From positions 11,438 to 75,437 of the forward strand of contig JANXEA010000011.1 in NCBI GenBank assembly GCA_025059045.1: DNA of 64,000 nt, given 5' to 3'. How positions within the stretch are numbered: position 1 is the first letter of the stretch; each line of letters begins with the position of its first letter. The position numbers were made by a program, and so were the translations under genes. The DNA is from Candidatus Bathyarchaeota archaeon. GTDB taxonomy: Archaea > Thermoproteota > Bathyarchaeia > Bathyarchaeales > DTEX01. Below the pieces are notes generated by a model that saw only the letters and a list, made by a program, of their open reading frames with translations, searched no databases and was not told where the DNA came from. Of the stretch, positions 18,515 through 27,210 are shown piece by piece.

Positions 18515-20341
18515 ATGGATGGACGCTCGATGAGACAGCTAATACACAACGGAGTCCTGGTTCCAAGGTACATTCCCAGAAATCTATCAATTAAGATACA
18601 GGGCAAAATAATTACTCTCAATCCGCAGCAAGAGGAAATGGCCGTTGCATGGGCAAAGAAACTTGGCACAAAATACGCTAAAGACCGCACGTTCGTTAAG
18701 AATTTCTTCAAAGACTTCTGTAGAGCTCTGGGAGTAACGGCAAGGCTAAAACCTGAGGCTTTTGATTTTTCGCCAATTCTTGAATTTATTGAGAATGAGA
18801 GGAATCTTAAAGCAAACCTTTCGAAAGAGGAAAGAAAAAGATTGACTGAAGAGGCGAAAATTATTGCTGAAGCAAACAAGGAGAGGTATGGATACGCGAT
18901 CGTTGACGGTGTGAAAATTGAGATAGGCAACTATAGAGTTGAGCCCTCTAGTATTTTTCTAGGTCGTGGAAAACATCCTCTGCGCGGAAGATGGAAGGAG
19001 GGACCCAAAGAAGAAGATATTGAGTTGAATTTATCTCCAGACGCCCCAGTACCACCTGGAAATTGGAAAAGAATCATTTGGCAGCCTAATGCTTTGTGGA
19101 TAGCAAGATGGCGAGATAAACTTTCTGGAAAGATGAAGTATGTTTGGATTTCGGAGAGCACTACACTTAAACAGATGAAGGACATTGAGAAGTTTGAGAA
19201 GGCGAGGGAACTTAGGCAAAATCTTCATCTTGTTAAGGAGCACATATGGAAAAATCTTAACTCAAACGACATAAGACGTAGAAAGACCGCCACGGTCTGT
19301 TTTCTCATAGATTTTCTAAAGATAAGAGTTGGCGACGAGAAAGATCCGGATGAAGCGGACACTGTCGGCGCATCAACACTTCGACCAGAGCACATAACAT
19401 TCGGCAGTGGTAATCGAGTCATCATTAACTTTCTTGGCAAAGATTCCGTCCCCCACGTTTTCAACATTGAACTCCCAGACATAATTATCAGAAACCTAAA
19501 AGAATTCTGCCAGAACGCTAAGTCATCACTCTTTGAAGGTGTTAATTCAGAGCGTGTGAGCGAATTCCTGGACGAGGTCATACCTGGACTGTCAGCAAAG
19601 GTTTTTCGAACGTGCTATGCAACAGCAGCCGTAGAGGATACGCTTTACAGCGCACAAGTTAAGCTGGAAGATCCAGATTACATCAAAAAATATATCGCCA
19701 CGATGGCAAACTTGGAAGCAGCAAAAGTATGTAATCATAAACGTACACTTCCAAGAGGATGGAGCGCCTCTTTAAAGAAAAAGATGATGGACTTAAAAAA
19801 TAAAACGGAGATTGCACGAGATAAGCAAAAAAAGATTGAAGAGAAGATCGCAAAGGAAAAAAATAGGTTCTCGGAAACCCTAAAGAAATTTTATGAGAGA
19901 ATAGAGGCGAGAAAGAATAGAATAAATCTTTTAAAGCAAAGGCTGGATTCATTAAAAGCAAACGTGAGATATAATAAGACGAATTCGAGACGAATTAGAC
20001 TGGAAAGAAAAGCTATCAATTCTTATAAAGATAAAATTATAAAACTAAGAAAAAAGCATAGAGAGCGAATTCAAAAGCTTAGAGAAAAATTAAAAGAAGA
20101 AAAAGAGAAAAGTTCCAGAGTTCTAGAGAAGATGAGACTCCAGATAGACTCCAAGAAGAAAACTGGCACTTATAATCTGGGCACCTCGCTTAGAAGCTAT
20201 ATCGACCCAAGAATCTACTATGAATGGGGTAAAAGGGTTGGTTATGACTGGAAGCTATACTATCCTAAATCATTACAGAAGAAATTTTCGTGGGTTGAGC
20301 TAGGTATCCGAACTCAGCCACTAGATGTACCTACGCCGTAA
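18515..20341 (+). CDS. DNA topoisomerase IB, eukaryote-like type
   Basis: 608 aa. The catalytic pentad motifs are all present: TVGASTLRPEHI (Arg290), FLGKDSVPH (Lys309), AKVFRTCYAT (Arg365), CNHKR (His408) and LGTSLRSYIDPR (Tyr562). The core motif KMKYVWISESTTLKQMKDIEKFEKAR is also present. Confidence 0.9.
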   Translation: MDGRSMRQLIHNGVLVPRYIPRNLSIKIQGKIITLNPQQEEMAVAWAKKLGTKYAKDRTFVKNFFKDFCRALGVTARLKPEAFDFSPILEFIENERNLKANLSKEERKRLTEEAKIIAEANKERYGYAIVDGVKIEIGNYRVEPSSIFLGRGKHPLRGRWKEGPKEEDIELNLSPDAPVPPGNWKRIIWQPNALWIARWRDKLSGKMKYVWISESTTLKQMKDIEKFEKARELRQNLHLVKEHIWKNLNSNDIRRRKTATVCFLIDFLKIRVGDEKDPDEADTVGASTLRPEHITFGSGNRVIINFLGKDSVPHVFNIELPDIIIRNLKEFCQNAKSSLFEGVNSERVSEFLDEVIPGLSAKVFRTCYATAAVEDTLYSAQVKLEDPDYIKKYIATMANLEAAKVCNHKRTLPRGWSASLKKKMMDLKNKTEIARDKQKKIEEKIAKEKNRFSETLKKFYERIEARKNRINLLKQRLDSLKANVRYNKTNSRRIRLERKAINSYKDKIIKLRKKHRERIQKLREKLKEEKEKSSRVLEKMRLQIDSKKKTGTYNLGTSLRSYIDPRIYYEWGKRVGYDWKLYYPKSLQKKFSWVELGIRTQPLDVPTP

Positions 20342-21672
20342 AAACTGTCGATGGGAATTGGCTTACCCAAAAATTCTGGAGGTCCACACTTTTCTAGGTT
20401 ATATCTACTTAAGGGCTTTGTAAGGTGCCTTTGAGATCGAGGTGAGGTAACATATATTCCCAGCTCTAATGATCTCTTAGCTTCCTCAGCAATCTTCTCA
20501 AGTCTCTTTCCGTGAAGCCCGCATTTCTTGCATTCGAAACCTTGACCTCTTCCCATAGACTTCATTCTCTTTCCACATCTTGGGCATAAAGGATTGCAAA
20601 GAATAACTTCTGGCGCCAACCGTAGGACATTAATCTTTTCTAAATTTATCGTGAGTGGATTACACGTTGATGCCTTTCGTATTCCGCCGTATACCTCAAC
20701 GATGTCGCCAACCCTAAGCATCTTTGCTTTCTCTTTAAGATCTCCTGTAGGTTCATAGGCTGCACAATCGATTGTGCCAGTTTGATCTTTAAGTTGGAAT
20801 ATAACGTGACCGCCGGCTATTACGCGCGGTTTACTAGCAACTTCACCTTTTATTATAGCCGGGCAGAAAGGCCTCGCTGAGACAATCGAGCCTATCCTCC
20901 TCAAGTGTGCGTCGGTACCTTGATTGGTGCGGAATATGACCCAGCGGTCAATAGGCTCATATGATACAACTAATTCATGACCGCGCCTCACAGCATCTGG
21001 GCTTTCACCTCTGATGCCATATAATACAGGATCTGGCCCATGAGGGGTTATGAGAATGCGGCCGGTTTCCTCATCAACGTTATTGAAGGACATTGATCCT
21101 AACTCTTTACTCATCAAAAGAACTGATGAAGAGTCAATCATTCTCGGCTTTCCAACATTCTCAGGGGTTCTGTAAGCAATGAACTCATATGTGTAGTCCT
21201 TTTTCAACTGTTCACCGATGCTTGCAAGGGCTCCAATAACTCCACGGCCCTCATTAAAACATACGGCCTCAGCCCTATATCGTCTTATTAATTGAAATGC
21301 CTCTCTTTTCCTAACTAGTCCTGTAATCGCCATTTCGGCGAAGGTCTCTATCTCGATCGGTACATCCCCCGTAAGGAACACTATTCCAGGGTCTGTTCTA
21401 GGATAATGTAGATCTGAGTTCTCCTCCACAGTCTGAATCGCTATCTCCTTTAAATCATCGAGATCCCCTTTGTCGCAAAGGAGTCTTAGGCAGACTGCGC
21501 CATTCCCTCTAGTCTTCCATGGAACATTTGGATTTAGTCTGATAAGATTTGGATAATCAAGGAAGGATACGTCTATTCTTCGAAAATTCTCAATCATCAA
21601 GGCCGCTACTTTCGTTGTGCACCCTCCTCTAGGCGAGTCAGTGTCGTCCAACCCTATGTGCAGTTTGATCAT
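20314..21672 (-). CDS. tiaS: tRNA(Ile2) 2-agmatinylcytidine synthetase TiaS
   Basis: N-terminal HIGLDDTDSPRGGCTT signature, central OB-fold-like region, and C-terminal zinc ribbon CPRCGKRMKSMGRGQGFECKKCG. Confidence 0.85.
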   Translation of the reverse strand: MIKLHIGLDDTDSPRGGCTTKVAALMIENFRRIDVSFLDYPNLIRLNPNVPWKTRGNGAVCLRLLCDKGDLDDLKEIAIQTVEENSDLHYPRTDPGIVFLTGDVPIEIETFAEMAITGLVRKREAFQLIRRYRAEAVCFNEGRGVIGALASIGEQLKKDYTYEFIAYRTPENVGKPRMIDSSSVLLMSKELGSMSFNNVDEETGRILITPHGPDPVLYGIRGESPDAVRRGHELVVSYEPIDRWVIFRTNQGTDAHLRRIGSIVSARPFCPAIIKGEVASKPRVIAGGHVIFQLKDQTGTIDCAAYEPTGDLKEKAKMLRVGDIVEVYGGIRKASTCNPLTINLEKINVLRLAPEVILCNPLCPRCGKRMKSMGRGQGFECKKCGLHGKRLEKIAEEAKRSLELGIYVTSPRSQRHLTKPLSRYNLEKCGPPEFLGKPIPIDSFYGVGTSSG

Positions 21673-21907
21673 AGGTTTACATCCTGAATTGTCAGTCTTC
21701 TGCTTTATTTCTCCTATTTGTCTTAATCGAAGTAATTATTATTGGGATTTATTATCTCGAAAAAGACGTAAGACTTAAGTGTGTCTTTTCTGACTTTTAT
21801 CTCTTCACGAAGGTGATGAGGCCCACCTTTAACCGCCTAGACTTAAAGGTCTAGGCTGATGGCTTCTACAAACCTGCAGTATATAATGGTGGGATCATGA
21901 CCCTCCG

Positions 21908-22778
21908 ATGGTTAATGGAGGATGGCTAATTGATATAAAAAAGGTTATTACATATGTTCTCGAGCGGCAGAATAGCGATGGCGGATACACATTTTGCAGA
22001 GGTGCGGAATCAAACGCTCAAGATACATACTATGCTTTAATGATTCTGAAGATGCTGGGAGCCGAACCAAAGATAGGAAGTATACAATCAATTTCTTGCA
22101 AAGCCTTCAGCATGAAGATGGAAGCTTTGATTCTATCAGATCCGCCTTTTACGTCGTTTCATCTTTGGCAATTCTAGGAGGTCACCCTATAAGACCGCTC
22201 GATAACCTCGTAGAACTTCTTAACATATCAATTGGTAGGATTGAAAATCCAGATATAGACATTGAGGTTATCTCAGAAGTTGAGAATGTCTACCTCGCGG
22301 TTGACTTATGTAGAATGCTAGAGGTCTCAATTTTGACCCGAGAAAGATCGTACGCGCCATCTTAATGACTAAGAATGACGACGGAAGCTTCGGCAGCGAA
22401 AAACGTTCCATGATTGCCTCAACGCGCTATGCGATCGAGACCCTTAGAAGAATAGGATACAATCAAGTGTCAATGACAGACACCTTGAAGTGGATTAGAG
22501 AACGAGAAGTCGCATCCGGGGGATTTGTTATGTTGCCAGGACTCACCCCAATATATCTAGAAGACACTTACTTCGGTGCTAGAGCGCTAACAGCATTGGG
22601 TGAAAAACTTATGTATCCAAAAGAGACAGCTGGACTGGTTGCAAAATTTCAAAATCCTAATGGTGGTTTCAGGAGATCAATATTCATCGGAATCTCGGAT
22701 TTTGAGTCGACATACCAGGCGATATCACTGCTGAAGATGGTCGAAGAATCACCTGGGAGGCCAACAATGATTGAATGA
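21908..22778 (+). pseudogene. Prenyltransferase/terpene-cyclase-type alpha-alpha toroid repeat protein, interrupted by two -1 frame changes
   Basis: Three consecutive ORFs (21908..22177, 21994..22365, 22365..22778) lie in three different frames. Together they carry five Q..DG.F repeats: ERQNSDGGYTF, SLQHEDGSFD, TKNDDGSFGS, REVASGGFVM, FQNPNGGFRR. Repeat continuity places the frame switches near 22067-22078 (ccaaagatagg) and 22314-22335 (tctcaatttt). Each is consistent with loss of one base. Confidence 0.65.
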
Positions 22779-23442
22779 GCTATGTCTTCCAGAATTAGCA
22801 TTAAAAGTGGTTCTCAGCGGACTATTAAACTCACGGTGGGGCAGATTTAACCGTAGCACAATTGTGAGATTCTTTATTTATGGAAACAACGTTAAAATAG
22901 GCATTGGAGAGGGGAACATACACCAATGGGAGATTGACGCACTCAATACATCTCCAATTCGCCGCGAATGGCATAAGATTAAAATGCCCAATATTGTAAC
23001 CGTTGCTGGAACCAAATTTATCCCAGGAAGCAAAATTTTCGGAATGCCAAGAGAACTAATACCTGTGAGATCGAACGATATAAAAATCTTCATCAGCAAC
23101 TCCGATAAAATGATCTTTCCAGCCTACCGATGTTTCGACATTGACTTTGGTATGGGACGCGTAATATCAGTAATCAGCCCAAAAACATTGATTAAAGACA
23201 TTGAAGAAGCTGTCCATCAGACATTGCCGAACAAAAGATATCGAAGGAGAGTAGACAACGTTGAGGTTAATATCGAAACCCTTACCCCTATAATTAATAA
23301 AGGATTTGACATAGGCGTTCTTAAGAGGAAAGCGGGTCTCAGTGAATGGAATGAAATAGAAGCTTTACCGGTATTAGGACAACATGATCTACTTGTAATA
23401 TTGGAAAATCTAGCTAAGAAGCCTTCGGAATCCCTTGTCTAG
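22771..23442 (+). CDS. Hypothetical protein (223 aa)
   Basis: Its ATG overlaps the end of the preceding repeat gene by 8 nt, suggesting an operon. No family recognised. Confidence 0.5.
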   Translation: MNELCLPELALKVVLSGLLNSRWGRFNRSTIVRFFIYGNNVKIGIGEGNIHQWEIDALNTSPIRREWHKIKMPNIVTVAGTKFIPGSKIFGMPRELIPVRSNDIKIFISNSDKMIFPAYRCFDIDFGMGRVISVISPKTLIKDIEEAVHQTLPNKRYRRRVDNVEVNIETLTPIINKGFDIGVLKRKAGLSEWNEIEALPVLGQHDLLVILENLAKKPSESLV

Positions 23443-23623
23443 AATGATTCTCATCTATGTGCCCAATAATGTTTATTATATGGTTTGCAAAAGAATTTTT
23501 ACAGCCGGATGACGAAAAGGCATTTAATTGATTATAATGAGATGTCAGAGTTAAGCTGACGGCTGTTATTTACTGGAAATAAACACTTTTCCTAGAAGGG
23601 AAACTCGGTGGCAGAAATGTTTG

Positions 23624-23872
23624 TTACTTAGATTTCGTCATAGAGTCTATTACTATCATAGTCAATGTGGACCTGACTTTATTAAGGCGCCTTATGCGCC
23701 ATGTCACTATATCCTTCAACTTCTCCATTGATTCAGCACTAACCTTTGCAATTACATCATAGACCCCATAGACGCTATAAGCTTCCTCGACGCCCTCCAC
23801 TTTTTTCAACTCATTCAAAACCTCGCCCTCCGAACCAATCTCCGTATTTATCAGAACAAAAGCTATGGGCAT
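23624..23872 (-). CDS. Stand-alone Lrp/AsnC ligand-binding (RAM) domain protein
   Basis: 82 aa. The sequence AFVLINTEIGSEGEVLNELKKVEGVEEAYSVYGVYDVIAKVSAESMEKLKDIV shows the same fold pattern as 9531..9761. Confidence 0.7.
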   Translation of the reverse strand: MPIAFVLINTEIGSEGEVLNELKKVEGVEEAYSVYGVYDVIAKVSAESMEKLKDIVTWRIRRLNKVRSTLTMIVIDSMTKSK

Positions 23873-24052
23873 AGCTCTCTCCCCCTTTATCCTTTAACCT
23901 CTTTGTAATAATGTTTTTCATGTGCCTTTTTAAAAATTTCCATTCACTACGGTTATAGATCTTCTCAACTATGCCACTGTGGAGAACGTTAGAAGTTGCT
24001 ACTTTAAAGATTAATTTATTTATATAACGAAACAATTCATAGTGAGAACAAA

Positions 24053-24769
24053 ATGCTAGTGCTTCCGGAAAAATTAAAAATGCGAATCGTTAAGGTTGAA
24101 GAGCGCCGTAAGGATTCTTGGGTTGACATGAGCCTCCGCGCGATGAGGGAGGGCGAAGTACGATTCTATTCGGTCGATGACCCATTAACTGGTAAATGGC
24201 TCTTCAAGGTTTGCTCGGACTCCAAAGTGAAAAGGGTAACTGTAAAGGCGCTAAAGTGTCCGCCTGGAAGCGGTTTCGCTCAACTTGAGGGGAGCACAAT
24301 TCTATTTCAACCAAGCCTCTTAGGTAACAATCTTTACGCCGTAGCCTCCTCTACATATATGGATGGGGAAGGCCGCCTTCGGAAAAGAGTCATCGATAAA
24401 ATCGAAGACATTCCTGAACCAGCAAGACAATGGCTTAAGATTATTCCATATGAGGAGGCAACTGGAAAGAAAGCCGCGGGAAAAGGTCTCGTCATATTAT
24501 GTGACGAAAAAGATGAGAAAAGCATGATCATAACGTTCATACTTCTACGTTCATGGACGCTCACGGAGGTTCCGCCGGATGTCGAGTTTAAGAAACTCGA
24601 CCTACTTGAGATTATAAAGAAACTTGAAAAGGCGCATGTGAATGAGGTATATCAAGCAAGCGGAGAACAATATGGATTGACAGAAGATGAAACTGAAACC
24701 TTATTAAGGCTTCTAGAGAAGGATGGTAGGATACGTAGATTTAACGGATATGTAAAGGTGAATCTCTAA
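24053..24769 (+). CDS. Hypothetical protein (238 aa) with a possible C-terminal winged-helix
   Basis: Clean ORF with an AT-rich TATA-like sequence (atttatttatataa) about 30 nt upstream. The C-terminal LTEDETETLLRLLEKDGRIRRFNGYVKV looks wHTH-like. No family recognised. Confidence 0.5.
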   Translation: MLVLPEKLKMRIVKVEERRKDSWVDMSLRAMREGEVRFYSVDDPLTGKWLFKVCSDSKVKRVTVKALKCPPGSGFAQLEGSTILFQPSLLGNNLYAVASSTYMDGEGRLRKRVIDKIEDIPEPARQWLKIIPYEEATGKKAAGKGLVILCDEKDEKSMIITFILLRSWTLTEVPPDVEFKKLDLLEIIKKLEKAHVNEVYQASGEQYGLTEDETETLLRLLEKDGRIRRFNGYVKVNL

Positions 24770-24780
24770 TACTAGATCGG

Positions 24781-26334
24781 ATGGCTTGCCGAATGGTAAA
24801 GGTAAATATAATAACTTCAAAAGAGATGCAAGCGCTGGAGATTAATGCAGAATATTATGGGATTCCAAGAATTCTTCTGATGGAGAATGCGGGGAGAAAT
24901 GTCGCCCTAGAAGTTGCCTCCAGATTTAAGCCAAGCGATGCAAGGGTAGCCATTTTTTGCGGTTTAGGAGGAAACGGTGGAGATGGCTCTGTTGCCGCCA
25001 GGCATCTCGCATGCATGGGATTTAGGACCACGGTGGTGTTAGCCGGACGTTTTCACGACATATCCTGCGAAGAAGCAAAGATCAATTGGCAAGCACTTAA
25101 GCCGTTAAAGAGATCCATAACAATTCACGAAGTAGATGATTCATCTCTCATTCCCAACATTGAGGCAGAGGTGGTTATTGACGCTTTACTAGGAACGGGA
25201 CTCAAGGGTCCGCCGCGACCGCCCATATCCAACATTATACAAATAATCAACAAAATGGATGCATTCAAGGTAGCAGTGGATATACCCAGTGGAGTCGACT
25301 CGGAAACTGGGGAGGTCAAGGGCGAAGCAGTAAAAGCAGATTTAACTGTCACCTTTCATAAACTCAAACCGGGAATATTAAGGGCCAAGGAATACACTGG
25401 AGACTGCGTAGTTAGGGATATTGGCGTCCCAGAAGAACTTGAAATGTATGCAGGTCCAGGCGATGTCTTTGCAATATCAAAGCCACGTAAACCTGAAGCC
25501 CGTAAAGGCGATCATGGAAGGCTTCTAATCATCGGCGGAAGCGAGACATATTCAGGCGCGCCTACACTTGCAGCTTTGGCAGCGCTTAGAACCGGGGTTG
25601 ACTTAGTGTTTATAGCCGCACCCAGTAAGACTGCATATGCAATCTCGTCAATCTCCCCGGATTTAATCACCATCAAATTGGAAGGCGAGCATCTTAATAC
25701 AGGGAATATCTCGGTCTTGAGACATCACTTAAACAAGGTAAGTGCAGTGATAATAGGCCCAGGTTTGGGACTACATAAGGAGACTGTGGAAACTGTTAAA
25801 GAAATTTTGACCATCGGGGAGGAGAAAAAGATCCCGATTTTACTGGATGCAGATGGATTGAAGGCCTTCGCAGAATTCAAGCATGCACTTAAAACTCCAA
25901 CAGTATTGACTCCACACACGGGTGAATATGAGATATTAACTGGAAGAAAGATTTTCGGAGACTTGGATGAAAGGGCTAAAGCGGTCCAACAGACGGCTCA
26001 AGACCTAGATGCGGTAGTCCTGTTGAAGTCACATGTTGATATAATTTCCGACGGATACAAAACCAAATTCAATTTCACCGGAAATCCGGGAATGACTGTA
26101 GGAGGAACAGGCGATGTTCTATCCGGCATAGTTGGAGCCTTCCTTGCGCGAGGGATCCACCCATTCGAGGCGGCAGTTGCCAGTGCTTACATAAATGGCG
26201 CAGCTGGTGACTTAGTAGAGGAGGAAAAGGGGCATCACATGACCGCCACGGATTTAATCGAGTACATCCCAAAAGTTATCGACGATCCTATGTGCCATCT
26301 GGAGCTGAGAAAAAGAAAAACAAATCCAAGTTAA
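24781..26334 (+). CDS. nnr: Bifunctional NAD(P)H-hydrate repair enzyme Nnr (epimerase + ADP-dependent dehydratase)
   Basis: N-terminal YjeF_N domain (MENAGR..., GGNGGDG) fused to a C-terminal carbohydrate-kinase-fold dehydratase (GSETYSGAP, GPGLG, GGTGDVLSG). Confidence 0.9.
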   Translation: MACRMVKVNIITSKEMQALEINAEYYGIPRILLMENAGRNVALEVASRFKPSDARVAIFCGLGGNGGDGSVAARHLACMGFRTTVVLAGRFHDISCEEAKINWQALKPLKRSITIHEVDDSSLIPNIEAEVVIDALLGTGLKGPPRPPISNIIQIINKMDAFKVAVDIPSGVDSETGEVKGEAVKADLTVTFHKLKPGILRAKEYTGDCVVRDIGVPEELEMYAGPGDVFAISKPRKPEARKGDHGRLLIIGGSETYSGAPTLAALAALRTGVDLVFIAAPSKTAYAISSISPDLITIKLEGEHLNTGNISVLRHHLNKVSAVIIGPGLGLHKETVETVKEILTIGEEKKIPILLDADGLKAFAEFKHALKTPTVLTPHTGEYEILTGRKIFGDLDERAKAVQQTAQDLDAVVLLKSHVDIISDGYKTKFNFTGNPGMTVGGTGDVLSGIVGAFLARGIHPFEAAVASAYINGAAGDLVEEEKGHHMTATDLIEYIPKVIDDPMCHLELRKRKTNPS

Positions 26335-27170
26335 TGACACCCAAACTACAGATCCTGAATGGAGCTGGGATTGAAATGGAATTTGATCTTGTACTTCCAA
26401 TTACCGTTTTCCTGATACTTATTTCATGCATGCTTGTACATAAGAAACTTCAGAGGAGTGTCTATTCCCTTTTCACCGAAAGAAAATTGGGAATATATGA
26501 GGTAATAATTCTAGTAATTTCTTTGGGGGTTATAACATCCGTCATAGCTTACGCGCCTAGTAACACAGTACAAATAACATTTCTTGCTGTCTACTCTTAC
26601 GTCATGTTTTCACTCGCGTACATCACGTCAAGAAGATGGTATCTAGCCCTGCTATTTCCCACTACATTCTTACTTCTCTATTTGTGCTGCTGGAACTTCC
26701 TTATAGCAGACTTCTTCGCAGCGTTCATGGTCATCCTGGTAACTGCTTATATGGGATCACTTTTCTCTTGGAAAACAATCTTAATTTTCGCTACACTCTT
26801 AACGGTAATGGACATTATTCAAGTATTCGTAACAGGATTAATGGGGGAGGCCGCGACAAAAATGGTTCTTGTTCTACACTTGCCTGTAGCAGTAGTGCTG
26901 CCTACGTTTCCTCGCATGGGCTACATGATGCTTGGTCTAGGGGATATTTTCTTAGCTGGACTATTATCTATTCAAACCTTAAAAGACGGTTGGTTCAAGG
27001 GAGCACTAACTGCTGCAGGGATATCTTTTGCAATATTTGTTTTCCAGATATTTGTCTTCAACGTTGAATTTTCGGGCGCTTTTCCGGCAACGATAATCGT
27101 GGTTGCAGGATGGATGCTTGGGCTAATGCTTTCACGTACCTTACAGCTCATTCAAAGCAAAATTCATTAG
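26334..27170 (+). CDS. Presenilin/signal-peptide-peptidase-like (A22, GxGD) intramembrane aspartyl protease
   Basis: The segment LLTVMDIIQVFVTG...KMVLVLHLPVAVVLPTF...MMLGLGDIFLAGLL is collinear with the SPP YD...VF.T...MV.VA...P.K...P...MLGLGD...PG block. A downstream AFPATI sits at the PAL-motif position. The track ORF starts at GTG 26292, inside nnr. I prefer ATG 26334, which overlaps the nnr stop (TAATG). Confidence 0.6.
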   Translation: MTPKLQILNGAGIEMEFDLVLPITVFLILISCMLVHKKLQRSVYSLFTERKLGIYEVIILVISLGVITSVIAYAPSNTVQITFLAVYSYVMFSLAYITSRRWYLALLFPTTFLLLYLCCWNFLIADFFAAFMVILVTAYMGSLFSWKTILIFATLLTVMDIIQVFVTGLMGEAATKMVLVLHLPVAVVLPTFPRMGYMMLGLGDIFLAGLLSIQTLKDGWFKGALTAAGISFAIFVFQIFVFNVEFSGAFPATIIVVAGWMLGLMLSRTLQLIQSKIH

Positions 27171-27210
27171 AATTGTATGTAGTGGATATCCGATCAAATT
27201 TTGAAAGCCT

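Noticed and set aside
18415-18930. 171-aa minus-strand ORF overlapping the 5' part of the TopoIB gene
   Set aside because: It is entirely antisense to a gene with strong motif support. It is a hydrophobic, low-complexity translation typical of a shadow ORF, and it would leave no promoter space for pfdB or TopoIB.
21994-22365. Treating the 123-aa ORF (and 21908..22177, 22365..22778) as three independent small genes
   Set aside because: The N-terminal MQRCGIKRSRYILCFNDSEDAGSRTKD of the middle ORF is an out-of-frame reading of the first ORF's repeat. The repeat periodicity continues across both junctions only if single-base shifts are allowed.
26636-27067. 143-aa same-strand alternative-frame ORF inside the SPP-like gene
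   Set aside because: It is an out-of-frame reading of a membrane-protein gene. It has no motifs, while the primary frame carries the GLGD block.
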